Under the pieces are notes generated by a model. It did no database searches. It was not told the DNA's origin and saw only the letters and a list, made by a program, of their open reading frames with translations. Positions 10,131-20,238 of a DNA stretch of 64,000 nt are shown here, piece after piece (within the stretch, counting starts at the first letter, position 1; every line of letters begins with the position of its first letter). The stretch comes from Myxococcota bacterium (GTDB lineage: Bacteria; Myxococcota_A; Polyangia; Nannocystales; Nannocystaceae): the NCBI GenBank assembly GCA_039028615.1, contig JBCCHT010000031.1, forward strand, positions 64,001 through 128,000. The letters are read 5' to 3'. The position numbers were made by a program, and so were the translations under genes.

Positions 10131-11822
10131 ATGCGTGGACGATGGCGCCTGGCGTGCGGGTTGGCTTTTGTTGCGGCGGTCGGTTGTGCCACGACCATGG
10201 ACAAGGCCGAGCAGGCGCATAAACGCAAGGCGTACGAGGAAGCGGAGCAGCTGTACCTCGAGGCGGCGAAGGACGAGGAATCCGCGGAGGCAGCCAAGGA
10301 AGGCCTGGCCACGTTGCACGCCGACATCGCAGCCGAGGCGGAAGCCGAAGACGCCGCCAAAGCGGAGGCGCAGTACCGCGAGGCGCTCGAGATCCAGCCC
10401 GGCCACGACGAAGCGCTCACCGGGCTGGTGCGATTGCTCCGCGCCCAAAAACGACTCGACGACGCGAGCAAAGCCATCGAGGAGGCATCGGCTTCGGGAC
10501 AATGCGGTGCCTCGTGCAACCGACTGGCGCTCATCGTGCTGCTCGAGCAGGGCGATCGAGCCGCAGCCGCCAACAAATGGGACGAGGCACTCGCGGCCTA
10601 CACGGCAGCCCAACAGATCCGCGAGCAGGTGACGGTCGCGGTCGCGATCGCAGCCACGTCGCTCACCGCGGGCAAGCTGCCCGAGACCGAAGCCGCGCTG
10701 ACCCAAGCCCACCCGTCGATGCTGAAGGCCGACGCCTCGAGCATCCAACGCTTCCTCAGCACCCATCGCGCGCTCGTGCACGCGATGTTGTCCGCCCAAG
10801 ACATCGAGGGCGCAGACCGGGTGCGAGTGATGCGACTCGCGGACGAGCCGGCCGAGCGCCAGACCGAGCTGGCCTTGCTGGTGGCCAAGGCGGTGCTCGA
10901 CGGTGGCGACCGCGTCGGTGCGCTGACCCGCTACGAGAACATCCTGGGCGGCAGCGGAGAGCAAGCCCCGACCGACGCGCAGCGACCCGCGATCGAGGAA
11001 AAGACCGCCTTCATCTACGCCGCGCTCGGAACCGAAGACCTGCACGCGGGTCGCCCCGAAGAAGCGGACCGTCGGTTTTCGCGGGCCATCGAGCTCCAAC
11101 CCGAGGATTGGTCGCTCAAGCTCCAGCGCATCCTGGCGTTGTCGGGCACCATCGGCGCCGAGCCGGCGTTGGCGAGCCTGTCCAAGGTCCCCGCCACCGC
11201 GGGGCTGGCCCACGCCAAGGCGATCTTGCTGGCGCTGCAGGTCCGCGAGCAGCTCGATCGAGGCGAACGCGAAGCCGCGGCCGAGACGCTCGAGAAGGCC
11301 AAGCGGGCGCACTCCGATCTCCCCGAGGTACGGCTGGCGGGCGCGATGATGCTGGCCCACACGCCATCGGACGAACTCAGCGGCGGCGAGCGTCGGGCGC
11401 TGCTCGGGCGACAGTCGCTGGTCACCTATCCGGGCGAGGTCTTTCGCTTCGGCGAGGCCCTGGCCGAGCTCGACTGGGTCCACGGGGCACTGAGCGAGCG
11501 CGACACCACCTATCCCTTCACCGCACCCTGGATGCCGACCTGGATGGCGGACCTCGAGGGCAAGCTGAAGACGGCCTATCCCATGCCCGTGGTCTTCCGC
11601 GAAGACCCAGAGCCGGTCATCGTGTTCCACAACAGCGGCGGGCCGATGATCGAGATTTCCGTGAAGGGGCCCGACGGGTTTCGCGAGGAGGTCGGGGTCG
11701 TGCCGGGCACGGACAAGTCGATCACCATCCCGGACTCAGGCCTGCTGCGGCTGAAGATCGGCCGCCAGTCGAAGGTGTTCTACGCCGAGGGCTACGCCCA
11801 GGTCACGCTGACCGTGCCGTGA
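10131..11822 (+). CDS. TPR-repeat lipoprotein
   Basis: Start re-chosen at MRGRWRLACGLAFVAAVGC (lipobox); TPR-like repeats (AEAQYREALEIQPGH, ADRRFSRAIELQPED). Confidence 0.75.
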   Translation: MRGRWRLACGLAFVAAVGCATTMDKAEQAHKRKAYEEAEQLYLEAAKDEESAEAAKEGLATLHADIAAEAEAEDAAKAEAQYREALEIQPGHDEALTGLVRLLRAQKRLDDASKAIEEASASGQCGASCNRLALIVLLEQGDRAAAANKWDEALAAYTAAQQIREQVTVAVAIAATSLTAGKLPETEAALTQAHPSMLKADASSIQRFLSTHRALVHAMLSAQDIEGADRVRVMRLADEPAERQTELALLVAKAVLDGGDRVGALTRYENILGGSGEQAPTDAQRPAIEEKTAFIYAALGTEDLHAGRPEEADRRFSRAIELQPEDWSLKLQRILALSGTIGAEPALASLSKVPATAGLAHAKAILLALQVREQLDRGEREAAAETLEKAKRAHSDLPEVRLAGAMMLAHTPSDELSGGERRALLGRQSLVTYPGEVFRFGEALAELDWVHGALSERDTTYPFTAPWMPTWMADLEGKLKTAYPMPVVFREDPEPVIVFHNSGGPMIEISVKGPDGFREEVGVVPGTDKSITIPDSGLLRLKIGRQSKVFYAEGYAQVTLTVP

Positions 11823-11859
11823 TGCACCGCCCCGAGCGAAGCGGTGCTACGATCGCTTC

Positions 11860-12171
11860 GTGAAGGCGGCACTGTTCACGAGCGGGCTCATCGTCGGACT
11901 CGTCGGGCTCTCCTGTGCCGAGCCCGAGGTCGACATGGGGGAGCCGTTGCCCGAGATCGGCGAGGCCTGCAACGAGCAGGGGGAGTGCGCGATGGATCTG
12001 CGCTGCATCCCCGTCAGCGGCACGACCAACGAGGCTTACTGTCGCCAGCCCTGCGAGACGGACACCATCATCCCGGGCAACCCGTGGGTGGTCGAGCCGA
12101 GCCCCGAGTGCCCCGATCCCGACGCGGCCTATTGCTTCAACGGCGGCTGCCAGCAGGCCATCGACGATTGA
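11860..12171 (+). CDS. Small Cys-rich lipoprotein
   Basis: Lipobox-like VGLSC followed by several Cys (GEACN, ECAMDLRC, YCRQPC, YCFNGGC); TACGAT 6 nt upstream of the GTG. Confidence 0.65.
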   Translation: MKAALFTSGLIVGLVGLSCAEPEVDMGEPLPEIGEACNEQGECAMDLRCIPVSGTTNEAYCRQPCETDTIIPGNPWVVEPSPECPDPDAAYCFNGGCQQAIDD

Positions 12172-12214
12172 ACGAGGCGAGTTCGCACCCGCCTCGTTCG
12201 GGCACCGCGAAGTA

Positions 12215-14143
12215 CTAGATGCCTTCGCAGATGATCCGCGTGTCGGGCAGCACGTCGAGGTGCTGAACCGCCAGGTCGGGCCGCGACACCCGGCTGAGCG
12301 CATTCAGGGCCGACGCAATGGCGCCCTCCTGCCACCCGGGCAACGAGGAAACCTGATCGCCGACGATGAAGAACACGGGATCGGAGAGATTGCCCTCGGC
12401 ATCGTGAACCCCCGAGCCCTGCGCGATGGTGTTGAAGTGCTCGACGGGGGAGTCGACCACGTGCCACTGCGCCCAGCCGCCCTTGATGTAGGCCATGTTC
12501 TGCCAGGCGATCGCGAGCCCGTCGGTGAGCCCATCGCCGAAGGCCTCACCGAAGCGCTTGGCGCCCTCGCGGGCCTTGTGGAGGCGGGTTCCGACGTCGA
12601 GCTTGCCCCACTCGTTGGCGACTTCGGAAAAGTTGTAGGCGCCCGTCAGCACGCCGAGTTTGCCGTGGTAGTCGCACGACGGGTACCAGATCTGCGCGAT
12701 CTCGTCGTCGGTCCACGAGATGCCGCCGAAGATCGGGACCACGCCGATTTCCGAGTCGGGCACGCCGAGCAGGTCTTCGCCGCTGCTGGAGTCGGGCTTG
12801 GCCACGATGGTCGAGCCTTGCCACGAGGTGCGGGCCGCTTGCCACCCGACCTTGGTGGTGTCGGCCAGAAACCGCGGCTGATAGTCGCTGCCTTCCTCGG
12901 GCGGCGGCGGGTTGAACTGCGCCTCGTAGACGGCACGCAGGCTGGCCTTGAAGGGGTCGGACAAGCCACTGCTTTCGCCTCCGCCCTGGAGGCGCTCGGA
13001 CAGAATGCGGCTGAGGAAGGGCATGGCCAGGTTGCAGAAGCAGTAGTCGGCCCGATACTCGACGAGCTCTTCGGTGCCCAGCTGCTGCACCTTCACCACG
13101 AACTCGCGCGCGTCGGGGTCCCAGTCGATGTGCTTGACCGGACTGTTGAGGTGAATCGTGCCGCCGAGGGCCGAGACCTTCTGGGCGAACGCATGCTGCA
13201 CGCGGTCCATGCCGCCCACGGGCTGGAACAGGGTGGGCTGCCAGAGGAAATCGACGGGCTGATAAAAGCGGGTGATTCTCCAAAACTCGGACTCGAGCAG
13301 CTCGTCGAAGGGCAGGGGCGAAGCGGTTTCGCCCGCGGCGACCCCCGGTAGCACGTCGTAGCCCGAGCGGGTCCGTCCGTTCTCGAGACCGGACTGCCCC
13401 GCGGTGGGCGAAAACTCGCCGTCCTCCGTCAGCTCACCGAACGAGACCATCAGCTCTTGCAGTTGCTCGGTGCGTTTTTCGAGCAGCGCCTTGCGTGCCT
13501 CGTCGTCGTCGGGCAGCGGTAGATCCGACTGCTCGAGCAAGGTCTCGGCATTGTTGAACACCAGCTCCGCGAGCCAGCCGCGGGTGTTGTGCTCGAGGCG
13601 GCGATACACGACCGGCTTCGACTCGAAGGGCCCGCCCTCCATCTGCACGAGGTTGGAGCCCGAGTTCATGACGTAGACCTCCACGTCCACGCCGAACTGC
13701 TCGAGGTACGAGAGCAACCGCTTGTGGCTGGAGGGGATGCGCCCGGGGCCCGCGTTGAGGTAGGGCTCGGCATCGCCTAGGGGCCGCTTGAAACGGACGA
13801 CCTGCGGCTCACCCGGCTTGGAGTCGAACAGCTCGCTGTCTGCGTCCTCGATCAACGTGTCACCCGTACGCAGGCTGAGGCAGCGCCCGCCCGTGCGATG
13901 CCGGGCTTCGAGCACGGTCACTTCCATACCGCTATCTTGTTCGAGTAGCTCGTACGCCGTGGTCAGGCCGCCGACGCCGGAGCCGATGACGATCGCTCGC
14001 TTGCCGTGGTGCTGCTTCGGCTTGAGCTTGACCGCGCCGGGAGTGACCGATGCTTGTTGAGCGGTCGCCTGACGGAGCGCAGCCCATGCGCGGGCCGAAG
14101 GATTCTTGCGAAGGAAGTTTGCTCGGCTCTGATGTTTCGCCAC
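12215..14143 (-). CDS. Flavin monoamine oxidase / L-amino-acid oxidase family protein
   Basis: FAD motif IVIGSGVGGLTTAYEL, LEARHRTGGR, NAGPGRIP, C-terminal GDQVS...GWQEGA. Start uncertain (GTG 14143 chosen). Confidence 0.88.
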   Translation of the reverse strand: MAKHQSRANFLRKNPSARAWAALRQATAQQASVTPGAVKLKPKQHHGKRAIVIGSGVGGLTTAYELLEQDSGMEVTVLEARHRTGGRCLSLRTGDTLIEDADSELFDSKPGEPQVVRFKRPLGDAEPYLNAGPGRIPSSHKRLLSYLEQFGVDVEVYVMNSGSNLVQMEGGPFESKPVVYRRLEHNTRGWLAELVFNNAETLLEQSDLPLPDDDEARKALLEKRTEQLQELMVSFGELTEDGEFSPTAGQSGLENGRTRSGYDVLPGVAAGETASPLPFDELLESEFWRITRFYQPVDFLWQPTLFQPVGGMDRVQHAFAQKVSALGGTIHLNSPVKHIDWDPDAREFVVKVQQLGTEELVEYRADYCFCNLAMPFLSRILSERLQGGGESSGLSDPFKASLRAVYEAQFNPPPPEEGSDYQPRFLADTTKVGWQAARTSWQGSTIVAKPDSSSGEDLLGVPDSEIGVVPIFGGISWTDDEIAQIWYPSCDYHGKLGVLTGAYNFSEVANEWGKLDVGTRLHKAREGAKRFGEAFGDGLTDGLAIAWQNMAYIKGGWAQWHVVDSPVEHFNTIAQGSGVHDAEGNLSDPVFFIVGDQVSSLPGWQEGAIASALNALSRVSRPDLAVQHLDVLPDTRIICEGI

Positions 14144-14451
14144 GGTGGAGGTCCTATCGATGCGAACGATAGTGCGTCGTCGCGATCGGTCGGAGTTCCA
14201 ATTCGGTGGTCGTCGAGCGTGCGCGAGAACGCGTTGGTCGGCCCGCGTTGGGCCGGGTAGGGACGAACGGACACGGGACACTTCGGGGGCGGACGCATGG
14301 CACGAAGGGCGCAAGCGCGGGTGTGTGGCCCGTGAACGGCGTACGTTCTCCGATCGTGCACGAGCCGCCGATCGATGGTTCCATCAACGGGCATGGTTCG
14401 CAGGCGGGTCCGGCTCGACGCCGATGGCTTCATGCCCGACAAGAGGGCCGG

Positions 14452-16995
14452 ATGACGCCCGATCAGAGCCAAGACTTCAAGGTCTTCGCCTGGCGCACGC
14501 TCGATAGCGTGATGCCGCTGGTGATGATCCCGGCGTTTGTCTTGGTGGTGCTCACCGCCGACAGTTGGATCCTGCCCGCGGTGTTGTCCGCCGGGTTCTT
14601 CGGCGCCAACGTGAGCCTGAGTGTGGTCATCACGGCCATGCTGAAGCAGAAGCGACGCCCCGCGCCGTTCCTGGTCGGTAGTGCGCACGCCGTGATCTCG
14701 CTGGGGTTTCTGCCGCTGCTCATCTGGTCGGGGAACCCGAGCTATCCGATCTGGATCGTCGCGCTGCCCACCCTGTTTGCGATCCCGTTCTTCTACGGCT
14801 CGGGGACCTCGCTGCTCTACGACGGGCTCATCATGGCCAGTTGTTTGGTGGCGGTGTACTTGCGCAGCGGTTGGGGGCAGCCGCTGGCCTACGCCGCGAT
14901 CACCATGACGTCGGCGATCACGCTGGCCTACCCGGTCTTCGTGGCGATGCGGCAGAAGTACAACTCGCTCGAGAAGGCCTCCCACGAGATCAACGAGGCC
15001 AATACCCGGCTCGAGGTGGCCCGCGAGGAGGCGGTCAGCGCTCGCGAGGCAGCCGAGGCGGGGAACGTGGCCAAGTCCGAGTTCCTCGCCAACATGAGCC
15101 ACGAAATCCGCACGCCGATGAACGCGGTGATCGGCATGACCGGCTTGTTGCTCGACACTCAGCTCAGCGACGAGCAGCGGGATTTCGCGGGGACCATTCG
15201 CGACAGCGGAGACGCCCTGCTGTCGATCATCAACGACATCCTCGACTACTCCAAGCTCGAGGCCAACCAGGTCCAGCTCGAAGATCAGCCCTACACCATT
15301 CGCGAGTGCCTCGAGTCTTCGCTCGATCTGGTGGCCGCCAAGGCAGCGTACAAGCACCTGGAGCTGGGCTACCTGATGGGCAAGCGGGTGCCGGGCGCAG
15401 TCCGGGGCGACGTCACTCGGGTCCGTCAGGTCATCACCAACTTGCTCAGCAACGCGGTCAAGTTCACCGAGCGCGGGGGCGTGTGCGTCACCGTCGAAGC
15501 AGCACCGGCCAAGTCGGCCGACGCCGACGACAACGACTGGTGCGAGCTTCAGATCAGCGTCCGCGACACGGGCATGGGCATCCCCGAGGATCGGCAGCAG
15601 GGGCTCTTCGATCCCTTCAGCCAGGTCGATGCGTCGACGACCCGTCGCTTCGGCGGTACGGGGCTCGGCCTGGCCATTTGTCGGCGGCTCGTGCAGTCCA
15701 TGGACGGGCGGATCTGGGTCGAGAGCGAGCCCGATCGCGGCTCGACCTTCCACTTCACCATTCGCACCAAGAAGGCCGGCTACGAGGTCCCGACCTTCTT
15801 GCAGCCCGACCAGCCGCATCTGCGGGGCAAGCACCTGCTCGTCGTCGACGACAACTCCATCAACCGCGAGATCCTGTGTCGCCGCGCGCTCAGCTGGGGC
15901 ATGAAGGTCACCGAGAGCTCGTCCGGGCCCGAGGCGGTCGACCTCATCGAGCAGGGCACGGGCCCCTTCGACATCGCGATCCTCGACATGCACATGCCGA
16001 CCATGGACGGGGTCGAGCTGGCCAAGAAGATCCGGCACTGGGACGAGCGGCTGCCCATGGTCATGCTGACCTCGCTGGCGTGGAAGCCCTCGGACCCCGA
16101 TCTGGCGCTCTTCGCCGCGTTCCTCACCAAGCCGATCAAGGCCTCGCCGCTCTACGACAAGCTCAGCGAGGCCCTGGCCGAGGCGGGCCGCGGCACCCGG
16201 CGTCGCCGCGACGAGTCCGCCTACGACCCCGAGCTCGGCCAGCGAGAGCCGCGTCGCATCTTGCTGGCCGAGGACCACGTCATCAACCAGCGGCTCGCGG
16301 TGGCCGTGCTCAAGCGCCTGGGCTACCGACCCGATGTCGTCAGCAATGGCTGGGAGGTGCTCGATGCCCTGCGGCGTCAGCCCTACGACATCGTGCTGAT
16401 GGACGTGCAGATGCCGGACATGGATGGGCTCGAGGCCACCGCTCGGATCCGGTCCGACTTCGCGCCCGATGTGCAGCCGCACATCGTGGCCGTCACCGCT
16501 CACGCCACCCGGCAGGATCGCGATCGCTGCCTGGCCGCGGGCATGGACGACCACCTGGGCAAGCCCTTCCAGCTCGAGGAACTGCTCGCCATCTTGAAGC
16601 GCAGCCCGGCTCGGCTCGGGGGAGCGAAGCCAGAGTCCGACGCGGCCGAGCCCTCCGTCGATCCCAAGGCCATCGAACAACTCCGCGCGCTGATGGGGGA
16701 CGAAGAGGGGGGCCTGGCGCCGCTGGTCGACGAGTTCCTGGCCGAGACCGCGGTCATCCTCGAGTGGGCCGACGAAGCGCTCGGCAGCGGCAAGGTGTCC
16801 GAGGCCGGCAGCGCGGCGCACAAGCTCATCGCCTCGGCTCGCAGCTTCGGCGCGGCCCCGCTGGCTCGGCTCGCGGTCCAGCTGCAAGAGGTTGCGGAGG
16901 CCGGAGAACACGACGACGCGGTGCGGCTGCTGACCGATACTCGGGAGGAGTTTCGGCGGGTCGAGGTCCGGCTGGCGGAGTACCAAGGGCCCTGA
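14452..16995 (+). CDS. Hybrid sensor histidine kinase (TM-HisKA-HATPase-REC-REC-HPt)
   Basis: [37 protein letters not shown], two receiver domains (LDMHMP, MDVQMP), HPt-like AAHKLIASA; start re-chosen at MTPDQ. Confidence 0.93.
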   Translation: MTPDQSQDFKVFAWRTLDSVMPLVMIPAFVLVVLTADSWILPAVLSAGFFGANVSLSVVITAMLKQKRRPAPFLVGSAHAVISLGFLPLLIWSGNPSYPIWIVALPTLFAIPFFYGSGTSLLYDGLIMASCLVAVYLRSGWGQPLAYAAITMTSAITLAYPVFVAMRQKYNSLEKASHEINEANTRLEVAREEAVSAREAAEAGNVAKSEFLANMSHEIRTPMNAVIGMTGLLLDTQLSDEQRDFAGTIRDSGDALLSIINDILDYSKLEANQVQLEDQPYTIRECLESSLDLVAAKAAYKHLELGYLMGKRVPGAVRGDVTRVRQVITNLLSNAVKFTERGGVCVTVEAAPAKSADADDNDWCELQISVRDTGMGIPEDRQQGLFDPFSQVDASTTRRFGGTGLGLAICRRLVQSMDGRIWVESEPDRGSTFHFTIRTKKAGYEVPTFLQPDQPHLRGKHLLVVDDNSINREILCRRALSWGMKVTESSSGPEAVDLIEQGTGPFDIAILDMHMPTMDGVELAKKIRHWDERLPMVMLTSLAWKPSDPDLALFAAFLTKPIKASPLYDKLSEALAEAGRGTRRRRDESAYDPELGQREPRRILLAEDHVINQRLAVAVLKRLGYRPDVVSNGWEVLDALRRQPYDIVLMDVQMPDMDGLEATARIRSDFAPDVQPHIVAVTAHATRQDRDRCLAAGMDDHLGKPFQLEELLAILKRSPARLGGAKPESDAAEPSVDPKAIEQLRALMGDEEGGLAPLVDEFLAETAVILEWADEALGSGKVSEAGSAAHKLIASARSFGAAPLARLAVQLQEVAEAGEHDDAVRLLTDTREEFRRVEVRLAEYQGP

Positions 16996-17117
16996 CGGCC
17001 GCCGCTTCGCCGGGCCGTGCCGCGTACCTACACGCCAAAAACCCGGTGAAGGGGCCGTGACGCGCGAAGTCTGCCGCGGGTTTGGCGGGGAGACCGGGGC
17101 CGTGGCATGCTCTATCC

Positions 17118-17384
17118 GTGGCAGCGATCATCGAGGACGAGAAGCGGGCGCAACGAAAGGCGCGAGCGATCGCGTCCGACATCTACCTTTACAACAAGGC
17201 GAAGATCGAAGAGGCGCTCCAAAAAGACAGCTTCTTCGAGGACATGTCGGAGTTCATCACCGAGGGGCGTGACCTGTTCCGCTCGAGCGTGTCGCCGGCC
17301 TTGTTCAAGAAGAACTTCTACGACCGAGCCATCGTCGATCGCGTGATCAAGCCGATGGCCGCCCTCAAGTCGTCGATCTGGTAG
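17118..17384 (+). CDS. Small conserved-looking hypothetical protein
   Basis: ARAIASDIYLYN...IEEAL...FFE motif, which I recognise from deltaproteobacterial hypotheticals; normal codon usage; heads the rluD-pgeF run. Confidence 0.7.
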   Translation: MAAIIEDEKRAQRKARAIASDIYLYNKAKIEEALQKDSFFEDMSEFITEGRDLFRSSVSPALFKKNFYDRAIVDRVIKPMAALKSSIW

Positions 17385-17404
17385 GTCCCTCCGACGACGG
17401 TGCG

Positions 17405-18376
17405 GTGAGGGTTCGGCTCGAGCCGGACTCTCCGCCCCTGCGTTGTGATCGGGCCCTGGTCGAAGCCCTCGTCGCCGCGGGCCACGAGTGCACGCGCTCG
17501 CAGCTGGCCCGCAGCTTCTCCGCGGGAGACGTCACCGCCGAGGGGCGGCGGCTCAAGCCCTCGTTGCGCATCGAGGTGCCGCTGGAGGTTCGCGTGGTGC
17601 TGCCGCAGCCGGAGCCGCTGCGGGCCGAGCCCGAGGACCTGCCGCTGTCGGTCTTGCACGAGGACGAGGACTTGCTCGTGGTCGACAAGGCCGCGGGCAT
17701 GGTCGTGCACGCCGGACCCGGGCACCCGCGGGGGACCCTGGTCAATGCCGTGCTGCATCACCTCGGCCTCGATGCCGACGGCCTCCCCGTGCTGCCGGGC
17801 AACGACCCCACACGGCCCGGCATCGTGCATCGCCTCGACCGCGAGACGAGCGGGGTGATGGTCATCGCCAAGCACCCGGTGGCGCAGGAAAAGCTGGCGG
17901 CGCAGTTTCGGGTGCACTCGCTGCGGCGGCGCTACATCGGGATCGTCGACGGGGTGGTCTCGTGGGACGAGCGAGAGATCGAGACCGGTCATGCTCGTGA
18001 CCCGCGGGAGCGCAAACGCTTCGCGCCGATCGAGACCGCCAGCCGCCGCGCGCTGACCCGGGCCCGGGTCGTCCAGCGGCTGCAGGGGGCGACCGTGATG
18101 GCCTTTACCCTGCAGACGGGTCGCACGCACCAGATTCGCATGCACGCGCGGCATTTCGGGCACCCCATCCTGGCCGATGCGCTCTACGGTCGTGCGCCCC
18201 GGGATCCGGCGCTGCGACGGGGCGTCGAGGGGCTCACGCGGCATGCACTGCACGCCGAGCTGCTGGCCGTGCGGCATCCCGCCGATGGTCGTGAGGTGTG
18301 CTGGCGGGCGGCGTTGCCGGCCGAGCTGCAGTCCGTGGTGACCGCCCTCGGAGGGCAGGCGCCGAAGCTCGACTGA
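17405..18376 (+). CDS. rluD: RluA/RluD-family 23S rRNA pseudouridine synthase
   Basis: S4-like N-terminus, VVDKAAGMVVH, GIVHRLDRETSG (catalytic Asp), TGRTHQIRMH; adjacent to pgeF as in many bacteria. Confidence 0.9.
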   Translation: MRVRLEPDSPPLRCDRALVEALVAAGHECTRSQLARSFSAGDVTAEGRRLKPSLRIEVPLEVRVVLPQPEPLRAEPEDLPLSVLHEDEDLLVVDKAAGMVVHAGPGHPRGTLVNAVLHHLGLDADGLPVLPGNDPTRPGIVHRLDRETSGVMVIAKHPVAQEKLAAQFRVHSLRRRYIGIVDGVVSWDEREIETGHARDPRERKRFAPIETASRRALTRARVVQRLQGATVMAFTLQTGRTHQIRMHARHFGHPILADALYGRAPRDPALRRGVEGLTRHALHAELLAVRHPADGREVCWRAALPAELQSVVTALGGQAPKLD

Positions 18377-18427
18377 CGCACGAGCATCCGGGTACGTCTT
18401 GGCACCGGCCTCGTCCCGTGCGATGAC

Positions 18428-19177
18428 GTGGACATGCTCGAGCGCGCGCCCTCGTTGAGTGCCCTGGCTCCCTCGATCGTGCACGGTTTCACCACGCGGT
18501 TGGGCGGGCACAGCCAGGGGCGCTACGAGTCGCTGAACATGGGTGGCAAGTGGGGCGACGACCCCGAGGCGGTTCAGCGCAACTACGCCACCGTCGCGCA
18601 CGAGGCGGGCTACGACCCCGAGTGCCTGGTGCGGGTCAAGCAGGTGCACGAAGCCACCGTGCTGCGGGCGAGCGAGGTCGGGCCCGGCAGCGAGGCCGAT
18701 GGTCTGTGGTGTGCTCGTGGTGATGGCCCTCGTGTGGTTGCCGTGCTCACCGCCGACTGTGTGCCCGTCGTGCTCGCGGATCTCGACGGCCAGGCGGTGG
18801 CGGCCGTGCACAGCGGGTGGCGAGGCACCGTGGCCAACATCGCGGGTGAAGCGGTGCGCGTGCTCGCGGAGGCGGGGGTCGATCCCGCCCGGATGGTCGC
18901 CGCCATCGGTCCATGCATCGAGCAGCGCGCCTTCGAGGTCGGCCCCGAAGTCGCCGACCAGTTCGACGATGCCTTCGTCGAGCGTGAGCGGTGGCCGAAG
19001 CCGCATGTCGATCTCGTCGGGGTCGTGCGCGCGCAGCTTCGGACCGCCGGACTGCCTGGGGGCGCCATCACCCGGGTGGGGGGCTGCACCCACGACCATC
19101 CCGAGCGCTATTTTTCGTACCGCCGCGACGGCAAGGGCATCGGCCAGATGATGTCCTTCGTCGGCTTCGTGGAGTGA
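18428..19177 (+). CDS. pgeF: Peptidoglycan editing factor PgeF / YfiH laccase-like protein
   Basis: HGFTTRLGG, QVH, ADG, TADCVPV, AVHSGWRG, IGPCI, YFSYRR motifs. Confidence 0.93.
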   Translation: MDMLERAPSLSALAPSIVHGFTTRLGGHSQGRYESLNMGGKWGDDPEAVQRNYATVAHEAGYDPECLVRVKQVHEATVLRASEVGPGSEADGLWCARGDGPRVVAVLTADCVPVVLADLDGQAVAAVHSGWRGTVANIAGEAVRVLAEAGVDPARMVAAIGPCIEQRAFEVGPEVADQFDDAFVERERWPKPHVDLVGVVRAQLRTAGLPGGAITRVGGCTHDHPERYFSYRRDGKGIGQMMSFVGFVE

Positions 19178-19211
19178 AACCGAGCCCACGGCGGCCTGCT
19201 ACGATGGCCGG

Positions 19212-20225
19212 ATGAAGGCCGCGGCTCGCCTCCGTCTCGTCTCCGTGCTCATCGTCGGCCTGCTCGGCAGCGCCTGCGACACGACCGAAGAGCCCGAGGT
19301 GGAGAGCGCCGACCTGCGCTCCGAAGAACTCGACGCCCGCTGCGAGTTCCTCGTGCGCTGCGGCTTCATGCCCGACCGAGACACCTGCCTCGCCTCCGAG
19401 GAGCCCGACGCCGGTCTCGTGCAGGCGGTCGGGGCTACCAGCTTCGACCGCGTCGGCTACGACACCGAGGCCGCCGCGGTGTGGCTGGACACCCTGCGGA
19501 ACCTGAGCTGCGAGGGCACCATCGCCAACACGCGGGCCTTGGCCGAGGCGCGAGCGGGTGTGTTCGCCGGTCGCATCGAGACCAACGGCGCCTGCTTTTC
19601 CGACGAGGAGTGTGCGGGCGAGGCGATCTGCGAGCGCAGTGCGTGCCCCGGCAACCAGGTGTGCTGCACGGGCGAGTGCCTGCCTCTGCGCACCCTGACG
19701 GTGGGAGAGACATGCCCCTTGCCGCAGGCCGACGTGCGCATGCGGGCGTTCTGCGAGGACACGGCCTACTGCCAAGTCCCGCCCGACGATGGCAGCGAGG
19801 AGCCGCCCACCGAGGGCACCTGCGTGGCTCGGGTGGACAACGGCCTGCCCTGCGACGCGCTCGACGGGTGCCTCGACGGGCAGCGCTGCGACCTGGGAGG
19901 CTCGGGCAACTGCTATCGCCTCTCCGCGTCGGGGGAGATGTGCAACCCGGACCTGCAGCGCGGGTCGTGCTTGTCGCTCAACGAGGTCTGCTCGGGCGAG
20001 TGTGTGGCTGCGCCCGGCCCCGGGCAGGCCTGCGTGCAGGGGCAGTGCGCCGGCTATGCGGTGTGCGTGGAGGACAGCTGCGTGGCGCTGCTGCGGCAGG
20101 GCGAGGCGTGTGACGGGTCGGTGCCGTGCCTGGGCGACCTGAATTGTCGCGACGACGTATGTACGGCGGAGGACATCGTGCTCGTGTGTGTCGACGGGGC
20201 TCCGCCGCCTCCGCCCATGGAGTAG
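19212..20225 (+). CDS. Cys-rich repeat lipoprotein (myxobacterial type)
   Basis: Lipobox LGSAC; many GxxC...C..C modules. Confidence 0.75.
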   Translation: MKAAARLRLVSVLIVGLLGSACDTTEEPEVESADLRSEELDARCEFLVRCGFMPDRDTCLASEEPDAGLVQAVGATSFDRVGYDTEAAAVWLDTLRNLSCEGTIANTRALAEARAGVFAGRIETNGACFSDEECAGEAICERSACPGNQVCCTGECLPLRTLTVGETCPLPQADVRMRAFCEDTAYCQVPPDDGSEEPPTEGTCVARVDNGLPCDALDGCLDGQRCDLGGSGNCYRLSASGEMCNPDLQRGSCLSLNEVCSGECVAAPGPGQACVQGQCAGYAVCVEDSCVALLRQGEACDGSVPCLGDLNCRDDVCTAEDIVLVCVDGAPPPPPME

Positions 20226-20238
20226 CGGCGCCGTCACG

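Noticed and set aside
14298..14313. Sigma-54-like TGGCACGAAGGGCGCA upstream of the hybrid kinase
   Set aside because: The -24 element and spacing fit, but the -12 lacks TT and such matches arise by chance in high-GC DNA; too weak to call.
13963..16986. Long antisense ORFs (also 217-1872 +, 17318-19189 -, 35862-37901 +, 43890-47375 -, 50500-52383 +, 57908-60709 -)
   Set aside because: Shadow ORFs expected opposite real genes in high-GC DNA; no recognisable motifs, and the opposite strand has clear family signatures.
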